A stretch of DNA of 63,115 nt, filler included, from Octopus bimaculoides (Eukaryota): assembly GCF_001194135.2 (NCBI RefSeq). It is 8 parts of 7 records of this genome, joined end to end, with 100 filler letters (N's around TTAATTAATTAA, not from the genome) between each part and the next. Parts side by side here need not be neighbours in the genome. Positions count along the whole stretch, not along the records: positions 3,538 to 28,269 come from NC_068987.1; 7 more parts are not named here. One strand, written 5' to 3'. This document shows, in pieces, positions 12,800 through 24,215 of this stretch (position 1 is its first letter; each line of letters starts with the position of its first letter). The position numbers were made by a program, and so were the translations under genes. The notes beneath the pieces are model-generated. The model did no database searches. It was given only the letters and a program-made list of their open reading frames with translations, and had not been told where the DNA came from.

Positions 12800-13095
12800 A
12801 TTATAGTAGGGGAGACAAACTCCTCCAACCATCCCAGCCTGCATTCAGGGACATGTTTCTGAGTCATTGCTCGTCATCAGCCTGAAGTAGCATGGCGGGC
12901 TAGCTGAAGAAATCTGTCTAAGCTTTGTATGGATATACTAAGGGCACAGAAAGTGTGTCAAGGCCTAATAGGAAGAGGTCTGGCTTCGTAGGGCTAAACA
13001 GCAGTAGTGTATTCCCTTATTGGGACTGTCACGTTAAGTTGGCAGTATACAACTACTTTATCGCACCACTACTGCTTAAATCTCACTGAGAGATT
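12800..13095 (-). mobile_element. ~300-nt non-coding element with internal HHR and (TAA)n tail
   Basis: Bounded by TAA arrays on both sides; HHR about 45 nt from its 3' end; no ORF. Confidence 0.5.
12844..12886 (-). ncRNA. Minimal type I hammerhead ribozyme motif
   Basis: Minus strand: UUCAGG-CUGAUGA-c-GAG caauga CUC-a-GAAA-CAUGU-C-CCUGAA; perfect 6-bp stem I, palindromic stem III ACAUGU, GUC triplet (C17 = 12850). Confidence 0.7.
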
Positions 13096-13129
13096 TAGAA
13101 ATTCGTTATTTCTATTATTATTATTATTA

Positions 13130-13184
<55 letters not shown>

Positions 13185-13815
13185 TTGTGTTTATGGGAAG
13201 TTATACCTGAAAAACAATTTAGCATTGAATTGAAGAACTCTCGGTATGTATCAGTTTCAGTTTACCACCGGATATTCCGAAGACAATGTCAAAATTTTCC
13301 TTCTCTGTCTGTCTGTCTCTCTCTCTCTCACTCTCTCTTTAAATACACACACACACACATATACATACATACATACATACATACATACATACATACATAC
13401 ATACATACATACATACGTGGGTCTGTGCATGTATATGTATGTATGTATGCATATCTGTACGTACGCAATGTATACACATACACTTTTTTTTTGTTCTCCC
13501 GCATTTTGTCATAAATTCAAAATTTCTCTTGTCCCATTATCTGGGCCTTGTAGAAAAAAAAAACTTCTTTTATACATCGTTATGCATGAAAACACAGCGG
13601 AGATAATTTAGTATGATTTAACGCCTTCCTATAATTTTGGTGTCATTGGATTAAAGCTATTATTCACACTTCTGCAAGCATTCGAACATTTTGACAAGCT
13701 GTCTTTGGATCATAAATTCGATAAAAGTCGAAACACTGACATTTATCTGTACTAACCACTCATTTGAAAATCTCTGAGAGAACATCTATCACGTTCTATT
13801 ATTATATTATTGTGT

Positions 13816-14195
13816 GGAGGCGCAATGGCCCAGTGGTTAGGACAGCGGAATCGTACTCGTACAATCGCGGTTTCGATTCCCAAACCGGGCGTTGTGAGTG
13901 TTTATTGAGCGAAGACACCTAAAGCTCCACGAGGCTCCGGCAGGGGATGGTGGCGAACCTTGCTGTACTCTTTCACTACAACTTTCTCTCACTCTTTCTT
14001 CCTGTTTCTGTTATACCTGTATTTCAAAAGGGTCAGCCTAGCCACACTCTGTGTCATGCTGATTGTCCCCTAGAATTATGTTAAGGGTACACGTGTCTGT
14101 GGAGTGCTCAGCCAGTGGCACGTTAATTTCAGGAGAAGGCTGTTCCGTTGATCGGATCAACTGGAACCCTCGTCGTCGCAACCGACAGAGTGCCA
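13816..14195 (+). mobile_element. tRNA-derived SINE family D, near full length
   Basis: ggaggcgcaatggcccagtggttagg (A-box) ... ggtttcgattccc (B-box), body and tail shared with 9561-9867. Confidence 0.85.
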
Positions 14196-14264
14196 CGACC
14201 TGGTATTGAAGTGGATTCTCTGCAATTATTGTGAAGGCTGACACAATCCTACATGTAGTACAGT

Positions 14265-14500
14265 CTTTTATTCTTTTACTTGTTTCAGTTATTTCACTGT
14301 GGTCATGCTGGAGCACCGCCATAAAGGGTTTTTATCCAAGAAATCGATCCCAGGACTTATTCTTTGTAAGCTTAGTACTTATTTTATAGGTGTCTTTTAC
14401 CGAACCACAAAGTTACGTGGGCATAAACACACCAGCATCGGTTTTCAAGCAATGGCAGGGGTACAAACACAGACACACTCACATAAACCCACACACACAT
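14265..14500 (-). mobile_element. SINE family C
   Basis: Same body as 3040-3232. Confidence 0.8.
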
Positions 14501-14775
14501 ATANNNNNNNNNNNNNNNNNNNNNNNNNNNNNNNNNNNNNNNNNNNNNNNNNNNNNNNNNNNNNNNNNNNNNNNNNNNNNNNNNNNNNNNNNNNNNNNNN
14601 NNNNNNNNNNNNNNNNNNNNNNNNNNNNNNNNNNNNNNNNNNNNNNNNNNNNNNNNNNNNNNNNNNNNNNNNNNNNNNNNNNNNNNNNNNNNNNNNNNNN
14701 NNNNNNNNNNNNNNNNNNNNNNNNNNNNNNNNNNNNNNNNNNNNNNNNNNNNNNNNNNNNNNNNNNNNNNNNNNN

Positions 14776-14810
<35 letters not shown>

Positions 14811-14814
14811 CGGG

Positions 14815-15030
14815 TTTCTTTCAGTTTCTTCATTTCTTTACTGCCCACAAGGGGCTATGCACAGAGGGGACAAACAAGGACAGACAAACGAGTTAAGTAG
14901 ATTATATCGACTCCAGTGCGTAACTGGTACTTATTCAATCGACCCCGAAAGAATGAAAGGCGGAATTTGAACTCAGAACATAGCGCAGACGAAATACCGC
15001 TAAGCATTTCGCCCGACGTGCACACCGCCT
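14815..15030 (-). mobile_element. SINE family B
   Basis: Reverse complement of gcgaaatgcttagcggtatttcgtc...gttctgagttcaaattccgcc...tttcggggtcga...aagtaccagttacgcactgg. Confidence 0.8.
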
Positions 15031-15031
15031 T

Positions 15032-15127
15032 AGTTTCTTTCAGTTTCCGTCTACCGCAGTGGGACTGAACCCGGAACCATGTCGTTTGAGAAGCAACCTT
15101 ATTACCACACAGCCACGCCTGCGCCTA
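15032..15127 (-). mobile_element. SINE family A, internally deleted
   Basis: Head ggcgcaggcgtggctgtgtggtaa joined directly to ggtagacggaaactgaaagaa tail. Confidence 0.7.
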
Positions 15128-15868
15128 TGTTTAATGAAAACTAATCCTTTTCGTTCTTTTTCTTTTTAGCTAATGTCGTCTAATCGTCGTCCATATTTTA
15201 TAAATAAACGTTTTCGATTGAGCAGACCACAGTTAATTGCATTAAATCGCCTGCGTTAAGTGGGGGAATTTTAAGAAATTAAAATATCTAAGCAAACGAT
15301 ACTGTTTGCTGTCCAACCACCAACAAGGCTTAGTTCGAGTTATTTACCAATAGAAAATATTTGCTATATATATATATATTTATATTTTCATTTCACTTCT
15401 GTTCAGCGATCTATCTATTTGTATATCTATTAATATATGACTCAATTTGCATATCTTTTGATACATCGGTAGGTTCACCAGCCTACCTGCTTGCTCGCCG
15501 GTCTATCCGTCCGCCTGTCTATCCGTCCGCCTGTCTAAGTAACGTATCGTATTTACTTTCCCTTCTGTTGATCTGTGTATCTGTTTACTTTCATAATATT
15601 GATAAGGATTTAAACCCAATAACATAAAAAAAAGAAAAAATTTGAATAATAACGCTCTCCCAGTTATTTGCGGAGTTAATTCCAGTTTAATTTAACTATC
15701 TACCGATATATCTTTTAAAGCGTAAATTTATAGATCTTCGTTACATTGTTTCATTATGTTAAACATTTCGATCGTGCCTTCGTTTATACAAGACAAATGC
15801 AGAATAATATAAACCTTCTACCTCCCATTCCCTCTCTCTAATAATATAGACTTTTTCTCTCTCCCAGA

Positions 15869-15911
<43 letters not shown>

Positions 15912-16236
15912 ATTCTCTTTCGTATTTTTTCACTGATTCAACTATTCACTTTTCGTTTATTTATTATCATTCTTTGTTTCGTTCTTTCTTTTCTCCTAGT
16001 CTCTCTCTCTCTCCTTCTCTCTCTCTCTATATATATTTCCCCATTTAATTTAGAACTTCTCTTTATAACGCAAGTGTAATATACGAAAAAAAGACAGATA
16101 GGAACAAGCAGAATATTATAATTACGATTATTACGTAACACCGAACTTCCTGAGACAGCCGTTGAGTTAAGTAATTATGTATTCTCTGCTTAGTATTCTA
16201 TCATTTTATGCTCTGTGTAAGTATATTTGTGTATAT

Positions 16237-16321
<85 letters not shown>

Positions 16322-16604
16322 ATAGAGGCAATTATGCGGATAAACAAATTAGATACATCAAATATATTAAATATTAAATAGTTTGGGTATAAAATACAAA
16401 ATATGTAGACATGTATATATGCAAAACGAGAGAAAGCAAAATGTGGAGACTCTCATGTGATGAAATTTTAAGTATAAATATCTGGATATTTATATTAATA
16501 GGACCAACTTACACACAGTACAGACGACAGTTAAAATGAAAAGGGTGGACATTGAACAAAGGCTAAGAGGGCCATTGCAAGGGCATATATGATGCACCCT
16601 GTAT

Positions 16605-17991
16605 ATATATACTATATATGTGGAAAATCCGTGTGTGTGTTTGATTGTGACGTTGTTATCTAACTCCTCCTACATCGTTTTATTGATTTTGATGAAACTT
16701 GACACGTGATAAGAACTCATGTCTGGAAACCTCATGACATATTTAGATTGTTGAAAAAATCGATAATACGGCTCCTGGATGGGACTTTTATATCTACCTC
16801 ATATAACTAATTTTTTAAACACCCAAGGGAAATAACCCATAGCACCTGAACAATAATTTTTTAACACTCAAGGGAAATAGCCCATTTCATTGTTTATGTT
16901 CGATTACTTTGAATATTGATTTTTTTGTGTGTACAATTTCTAATCTTTGCAGACAATATTACTTTATTCGATACATGAGTAAAACTCATGTCTGGAAAAC
17001 TAGTGACATACTTAGATTGCTGGGAAAAATCGATAATAGGGCCCCTCCAATGGATCCTTCTATCTACTCCATATTACTAATATTTATTTAAACAACCCAA
17101 GGGAAATAACCCATACCACCTGCAGTTTTTAGCGAAGCAGTCAATATCTGATTCTCACGATCAGCCGACCTAATTCTGCATTTCACTACTCAGTTTTGAA
17201 CTGCTAAACACTATTATTGCACTTCCTTAATTTGAATCTTAAACCTTAAATACTTCATTCATACATTTCTATACATACATACTTTTTTGAATGCCTATTA
17301 CTCCGATAATTCTGCATTTTTACAGTTACACTTTTTCCAAGGCAGTAGATAATTTTTTTATTCCACAATGTATTTGTAGTGACTTTATGCAGGCATGGCG
17401 TGGATTCGATCCTTGATTGCCAACTTTCACTTAACACTTCAACGGCACTTTTCTCACGGTAAAACAATAGTTTTTCTGTTGAATGACAGCAGTTATACAT
17501 TTTCCAGATGCCTTCACTAAGCAGAATCATATCTTTGCCACTTCACCCTTCTAATCTCTTCTAGGCCACCACTGGCCGGAATGGAGATAACAGACCTCCA
17601 ACGAAATCATTTGTTCTCAAAAATATGTATATCCTTCTGGCTGCTTTTCGATAGTTATAAAAACAAGAACTCGGTAAGCTAAGGGCAGTTACTGAGAGCG
17701 ATCATCAGTGAGTGTGAACGTCATTATTGCTCTTTCTTCAAACACTTTATTAATATATTCATATATCCTTTCTCACCAACCTCCGACAATCTTTCTCGCC
17801 AATCTCCGAAAACTTCTCTCGCCAACCTCCAATAATCTCTCCCACCTCCAGCTGACAGGTTCTTGTTCTTTTTCGTGACGGAAAATACACCTTTTGTGGC
17901 AGTTGTAACGAAATTGCTTTCCTATATCAGAGTAATAAGGCGTTTCAATAGAACATGTTTACCCCCGGGAATTACCGGGTACACCAGCTAG
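16605..17991 (+). mobile_element. Non-autonomous Helitron
   Basis: 3' GC hairpin CCCGG-gaatta-CCGGG (17964-17979), 8-nt spacer, CTAG|T (17988-17992); 5' region tatactatatat...gtgtgtgt...attgattttgatgaaacttgacac typical of non-autonomous Helitrons; internal diverged duplication 16715-16850/16982-17122. 5' boundary approximate. Confidence 0.65.
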
Positions 17992-18992
17992 TATATTAAA
18001 TATCGTATTCCCCTCCCAACTCACAATACCAACTTTAGGTATCAGTATCACAGACAGCTTTACGTAGTGATTCCTCAAATACTCAACGGGGCCGCCAAGA
18101 GCAAGACAGCCTTCCCCTGCCACTTCGGTGGGAGCTATTCTCAAAATTCAAGGGAACTGGGAAAAGTTTTCTTTTTGAAGACAGGGCGCATCATTTATGC
18201 CCTTTCAGAGGATCGAATACTGGAGCGGCGTATTACTGTAACAGCACCCACAATTTTAGCATCGAATTCAGGCCCCTGCTTCACACCGCTTGTGACTACG
18301 GCTCCACCTGGTGGGAGGGTTAGCCCCTTGAAACTTAATACGATATTGTTTCCTGAATATATAATGTGGCTTTTTGCGTTAAAGAAGATAAAATTAAATG
18401 CACGTCTGCCATTCTCTTACACGTACTATTGATTATAGTATATTAGTGCGGATCTATAATATAGATCTATAAAATACAAATCACATGTCAGGTATCAATG
18501 GATATTTCCTTTTTCAAATATTGATTATGTTATGGTTATATCTGCTTGACAACTAAATTCTATATATTGCACGCATATTTTATTTTCTCCGTCAAAAGAA
18601 TTCTTGCAAATATGTCAAGTAGTTTCTGTTAGCAAGAATTGTTGAAATATGCAAACCATTCCAAAATGTCATTTATAGCAATTTCTAGGCCTTGATCAAT
18701 TCGTGACTGTAAAAGGAATGTAAAAGAAAGTAGAAATCAATATAAGAATACATACATAGATAAGTACCCGTGCAGACGAGTCAGTAAGGAGGTGAAGGTA
18801 CTACATGGCCGCTTGACCTGCTAGAAATAGCAGCTAAATCTCCTTAAGGTTACACCTACTTTCTTATTTTTTCGTCGTAGTATGGGATAAACAGTTTAAA
18901 AACATCTGGATTTAATTTTAAATGGTTGCAGCCCCAAGCCAGTCAAATCTTTGTGAGTGGTTTTGGTAGACAGAAACTGAAAGAAACAGTCC

Positions 18993-19111
<119 letters not shown>

Positions 19112-19385
19112 TTCCCTTACTAGGCGTTTCCTTCATTTATCAAGGCCAGTTGCTCACTTTTGGTACAGACGGTGTTCTGATTTTACTTTCGGAATTTATC
19201 AGACAGAGATCCGGTTCCTAACTCAGAAACGAAGTTCTTTCATTGAAATTTAGACAACATCAATTGCAGTATTCGAATATGTATTTGCATATATATGAGG
19301 TCGAACATGTGAACCTAATCACATGCATTTATTCCCTGGTTCGCTTCCCTCTTTTCCCTTTTCCACTTTTCCTGGTCTTTCTCTT

Positions 19386-19420
19386 GTATCTAACGAAGGA
19401 CTTTCTCTGAAACGTTATAC
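19386..19420 (+). ncRNA. Degenerate (probably inactive) minimal hammerhead relic
   Basis: GUAU-CUAACGA-A-GGA cuuuc UCU-GAAA-CGU-U-AUAC: stems I-III intact, palindromic ACGU, but core G5 mutated to A. Confidence 0.45.
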
Positions 19421-20253
19421 TCTTACTTTGTAACTTCTACTCTATAGGTTCTTCCCTTCCTTTTACTTTTTGCATTTGATTTACTTTATGTAGATATGTA
19501 TGTATGCATACGCTTACATACGTCGATATGTCTATATACGCACTTAATACAGGTCAAATTTCTAGAATGTTTTACATATTTTCACTATACCTTTAATGGC
19601 TTGTAGCTGCAAAGTGTGTACGCATTGTATTTTCTATTTTCTATTTTCTCTCCCTGTTTATTTCTGTGTTCCTTTCTNNNNNNNNNNNNNNNNNNNNNNN
19701 NNNNNNNNNNNNNNNNNNNNNNNNNNNNNNNNNNNNNNNNNNNNNNNNNNNNNNNNNNNNNNNNNNNNNNNNNNNNNNNNNNNNNNNNNNNNNNNNNNNN
19801 NNNNNNNNNNNNNNNNNNNNNNNNNNNNNNNNNNNNNNNNNNNNNNNNNNNNNNNNNNNNNNNNNNNNNNNNNNNNNNNNNNNNNNNNNNNNNNNNNNNN
19901 NNNAAACCGATGAATTTTCCTTTTTGCTTTAACTATTATGTACAAATGATATACAAATGAAGTAATAAAACATCTTGGACGAAGTGTATATATTCTTGAA
20001 AATACAGGTTCATCTGTCCCTGAAAATGTAAGTTCATCTAGCAAATGGATTTTGTACATTAACCTGATGAGTCGTTAATTTTGCAATATTGATGTAATAA
20101 TACCAATGCGATATATTATTACACATATTAAATAATGATATCTAAACAATACTCCTCTGATAAAATATCAATGAAACAAGTGTGAAATTATGTAACAAAA
20201 CGAATTGCTTACTGCATCCTTCTTATTATTTATGTATGTAAAAAAAAAAAGAG

Positions 20254-20466
20254 GGGTAGCGAGCTGGCAGTACTGTGAGCACGCTGGGCAAAATTCTTTG
20301 CGGTATTTCGTCCGTCTTCACGTTCTGAGATCAAATTCCGCTGAGGCTGACTTTAGCTTTCACCCTTTCGGTGTCGATTAAATAAGTACCAGTTACGCAC
20401 TGGGGTCGATCTAATAGACTTAATCCCTTCCCTCAAATTTGAGGCCTTGCGCTTCCAGTACAAAAG
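20254..20466 (+). mobile_element. SINE family B
   Basis: gcgagctggcag...gttctgagatcaaattccgctgagg...cctttcggtgtcgattaaataagtaccagttacgcactggggtcg. Confidence 0.85.
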
Positions 20467-22036
20467 GATTATTTGTGTATGTAACGCATATATATATATA
20501 TATGTTATGTATGTATTACGTTTCTGTATGTTTTATGTACATATGTGTTTATGTTTCCCTGGTTTATTTTTCGAATTTTTTACCAATGGAAAAAGATCCT
20601 GTTTCTCTCCCGAATACAACATGCTAAACTGAAATCGGGAATATTTCTTATCTTTCAGATATTCCGATGATTTCTTGATTAATTGATTGATTGGTTGGCC
20701 GCCAATATTTTGTTATTTTCTTAAAAGCACTCAGCTTTTCAGTGTTATTCTATAACTATTTATTAAAATATCTACTACACTGATACAGATTGGTATGAAC
20801 GAGATCCCAAAAACAGTTATAACTACTTTATTGGTTTGCTTTAAACATATCTCTGATAGAAAGATTTGTATCAGATGTTTACCTCTGTAGAGTAGCAGTC
20901 ATCAAGCTCATTATATCAATAATGTTTCCTGTATCAGAAGACAGTATCAGCCTCGTTGTGGTTCAGACTAAGCAGTTTACTTGTTTTTACAATAAGTGCA
21001 TCCAATGTATTTAGCTTTAAAGGGGCACATTACACTCCTTGTACAGAAGCTTGGGATGCTTTCATCGATGCATTCCTTCCCATGCATCTAGTACACATTT
21101 GAAAGCATGTCGCATAAGAATGCAATAGATTATGCGAAATTCTATTGTAACATACTCAACATTGTCTTCTCTACCTGGGAAACATGGAAATGCCACCATT
21201 ACTACTATGTATCGAATATTTAGTAATGGCTTCTCATTTATGTGTGACAAGGGAACGTTCTTCAGTGCGCGATGCCATCTGGCTTTCACATTCACGAGGG
21301 ATCTCCTACGCTGCCGCTCGACCTCCAAAAGATAATAGTTAAATCTATGTCAAATGACACTCTGTCTTCTTAAATAATACACACACAAACATATACACAT
21401 ATTTACACATATATACATGTGGGGAGGCGTCAGATCACTTTCGAGTGCTACTGGTTACATGTAACCCACTACAACCCGTTTCATGACCGGACTGTTTATG
21501 ATAAAGCCAGCAACACGATCACGAGTATGGTGGCCTTTGGACACCCCGAGGGATGAAAAAAAAGACATGTCAAAGAGTGGTTGGGATTAGGAGAGTCCTC
21601 TTGACCCAGAGTCTCCGTCTTTAGATCGTTGCTCATTTTGCTTGTCTGTTGGTATGGAAGTGTCTAACAATGTACATTGGTAAGTTGTACGAATCTATGT
21701 AAGAATGCATTCTATACCCACCGCATTTTATAAGTTGGTTTGTATTTAATGTCGGAAATGGAAGTATTTATGTCAACGTATATAACCTGATTTGATGTCA
21801 GCCAAGACACACATATATATTTAGAGAAAGAGGGAGAGAGGCAGACAGAAAGAGTGGGAGAGAGAGTTATACTCAGAAATCTGAATAGCATTTCAGACTT
21901 TAAGTTTGACTACGAATAGTAACTTACACTAATCCTATTATATATTATATGTATGCATACATTATTACACTCATACATATAGTATAAGTATGTATATGTA
22001 TACATATATATATATATGTATACATACACACACACA

Positions 22037-22080
<44 letters not shown>

Positions 22081-23289
22081 NNNNNNNNNNNNNNNNNNNN
22101 NNNNNNNNNNNNNNNNNNNNNNNNNNNNNNNNNNNNNNNNNNNNNNNNNNNNNNNNNNNNNNNNNNNNNNNNNNNNNNNNNNNNNNNNNNNNNNNNNNNN
22201 NNNNNNNNNNNNNNNNNNNNNNNNNNNNNNNNNNNNNNNNNNNNNNNNNNNNNNNNNNNNNNNNNNNNNNNNNNNNNNNNNNNNNNNNNNNNNNNNNNNN
22301 NNNNNNNNNNNNNNNNNNNNNNNNNNNNNNNNNNNNNNNNNNNNNNNNNNNNNNNNNNNNNNNNNNNNNNNNNNNNNNNNNNNNNNNNNNNNNNNNNNNN
22401 NNNNNNTATATATATATATATATATACATACATACATACATACATACATACATACATACATACAGACATACATACATACATACATACATAATATCACTAT
22501 TTTAATTTGTAATCAATTTCAATTTCCGTATTTTCTTGCTTTCCCTGACAAGTAATACCATGAACGCTAATGACTTTTCTTTTAATTACGAATGTAATTT
22601 GCATTAATTAAACTTTTCCGTTAACTTCTTTAGATATGTAAAGCCACACTTATCTGTGCATTCTTCATGATAAAGCATATCTTCTCAAAATCTCGTTTTT
22701 GTGAAAGTTCAGCTAAATTCGTGTTAGATTATAATTCATTGAGAAGAGTTAATAAAACCGAAACATGCCCAATGTATGTCCAATTTAATCTTTAACTAAT
22801 TTCAATGTTGGAATTTTCTCCCTTAACTTCATGAACGCAAATTATTTCATTACGCGTGGGATTTCTATTGATGGACAAAATCTTTTTTTATATTTACTAT
22901 TTTAAGTATGCTAGCCAGCGCTTAACTATATAATCTTCACGCAGGAGGAATCCCTTGGAAATCTTTTTGTCGCATAAGGATATTAAACATAAATAAACGA
23001 AGGTTTATCTGCAAGGGACTATATAATGCGTTAGGGGACGCTTATATGCGATGGGGCATATCTGTGTAAACCTGTAAAGCGAGGTAACATTCTAAAATGC
23101 GTTAACCAAGCAGTTTGATGAATAGAAATGAATAAGATTGGAGCTAGATTATGTCCAAGATTTTATATTGTCAAGTAACTGAAACCAGCAAAAGAATAGT
23201 GGAAATATGTCGTTATTTGTACGATGAGCTACAAGTATCGAAACGATGACTTCCATATTTATTCTTAATGCGTTCGGGTTAATACGAAC

Positions 23290-23473
23290 GCAAATATGCT
23301 AATCGCTGTTGTGTTTCATCACAAGAGAACAACTGCCTTACGACGACTCTGTGTTGGAAACACGCTTAATTCATTATAACAAGTGGCGTGCTTGATTCAT
23401 TAGAGCAAGACAGTCGGCGTACAGGAAAAAGCTGTTCTCCTGTGACGGATACAGCAGTGATTAGCATATTCGC
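23290..23473. repeat. Imperfect long inverted repeat (hairpin or MITE-like)
   Basis: gcaaatatgctaatcgctgttg...tcacaagagaacaact...tacgacgact pairs with agtcggcgta...agctgttctcctgtga...cagcagtgattagcatattcgc. Confidence 0.7.
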
Positions 23474-24047
23474 ATCGACCGGATCGTATAAAGAATAAAC
23501 AGAAGACTAATTTGATTTAACTCACCCAACTTTCTAGAATTTATGTATGTATTTTAAATCAAAAATAATCTGTTAAAACTATAATAATTAACGAGCGTGT
23601 CAGCGATAAATTTGTAATCTCATTTTCTTTAATTAATGGGTTATCAAATAAATTCAACGCATGAAATTAATCTAGTATTACAGTAATTATATTCCGCTAT
23701 TCTTCTATTCTTTTATCTTATTGTGTTCGGTGGACATAGAATAGAAGTGACATAGATATCACACACACGAGTGGCGAAATAAATTGGTTTTCTGCTCCAC
23801 TTTTATCGAAAACGCAATTAACATACTCTTGGAATTACCGAATCTAGAATGACAATCCAGAATTTTTCGCACCACTAATTACATTGCGCCGTGCAGTTTT
23901 ACAACGAAAATCCATCTTAAGTTGTTATCCAGGTTTCTTCTGTCAGTCATTTAAATGGAAATCCATCGATCTTACAGATAAGATAGATTGAAATTACACG
24001 ATATGGTGACGCTGACTCAATGGCAGAGCACCTTATTAGCATATCTT

Positions 24048-24215
24048 TTCTCTTTCACTTGCGTCAGTCACTGGACTGCGGCCATGCTGGCGCACCTCCT
24101 TGGAAGGAGATCGACCTCAGCGCTTATTTTTAAGCTTTGTTGTATCGTTCTCTTTCTGAGATGCAAACAAATCAACACTGGTTGTCAAGCGGTGGTAGCA
24201 GACACACACACACAC
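24048..24215 (-). mobile_element. SINE family C (degenerate)
   Basis: cactggactgcggccatgctggcgcacc...caacactggttgtcaagcggtgg. Confidence 0.65.

Noticed and set aside
12940-13005. GGGCTAAACAGCAG as an HDV-like ribozyme J4/2-P2
   Set aside because: No complementary P2 5' strand or P1/P3 found upstream
13816-13895. tRNA-like sequences at SINE heads (also 1830, 20254, 62894)
   Set aside because: A/B boxes present but no complete cloverleaf or acceptor stem, and they run into SINE bodies
21062-21335. Overlapping ORFs on both strands
   Set aside because: Short, no domain or splice support
23215-23250. acgatgag...cgaaacg hammerhead-like string
   Set aside because: Core lacks CU, stem II is mismatched, and there is no UH site with stem I
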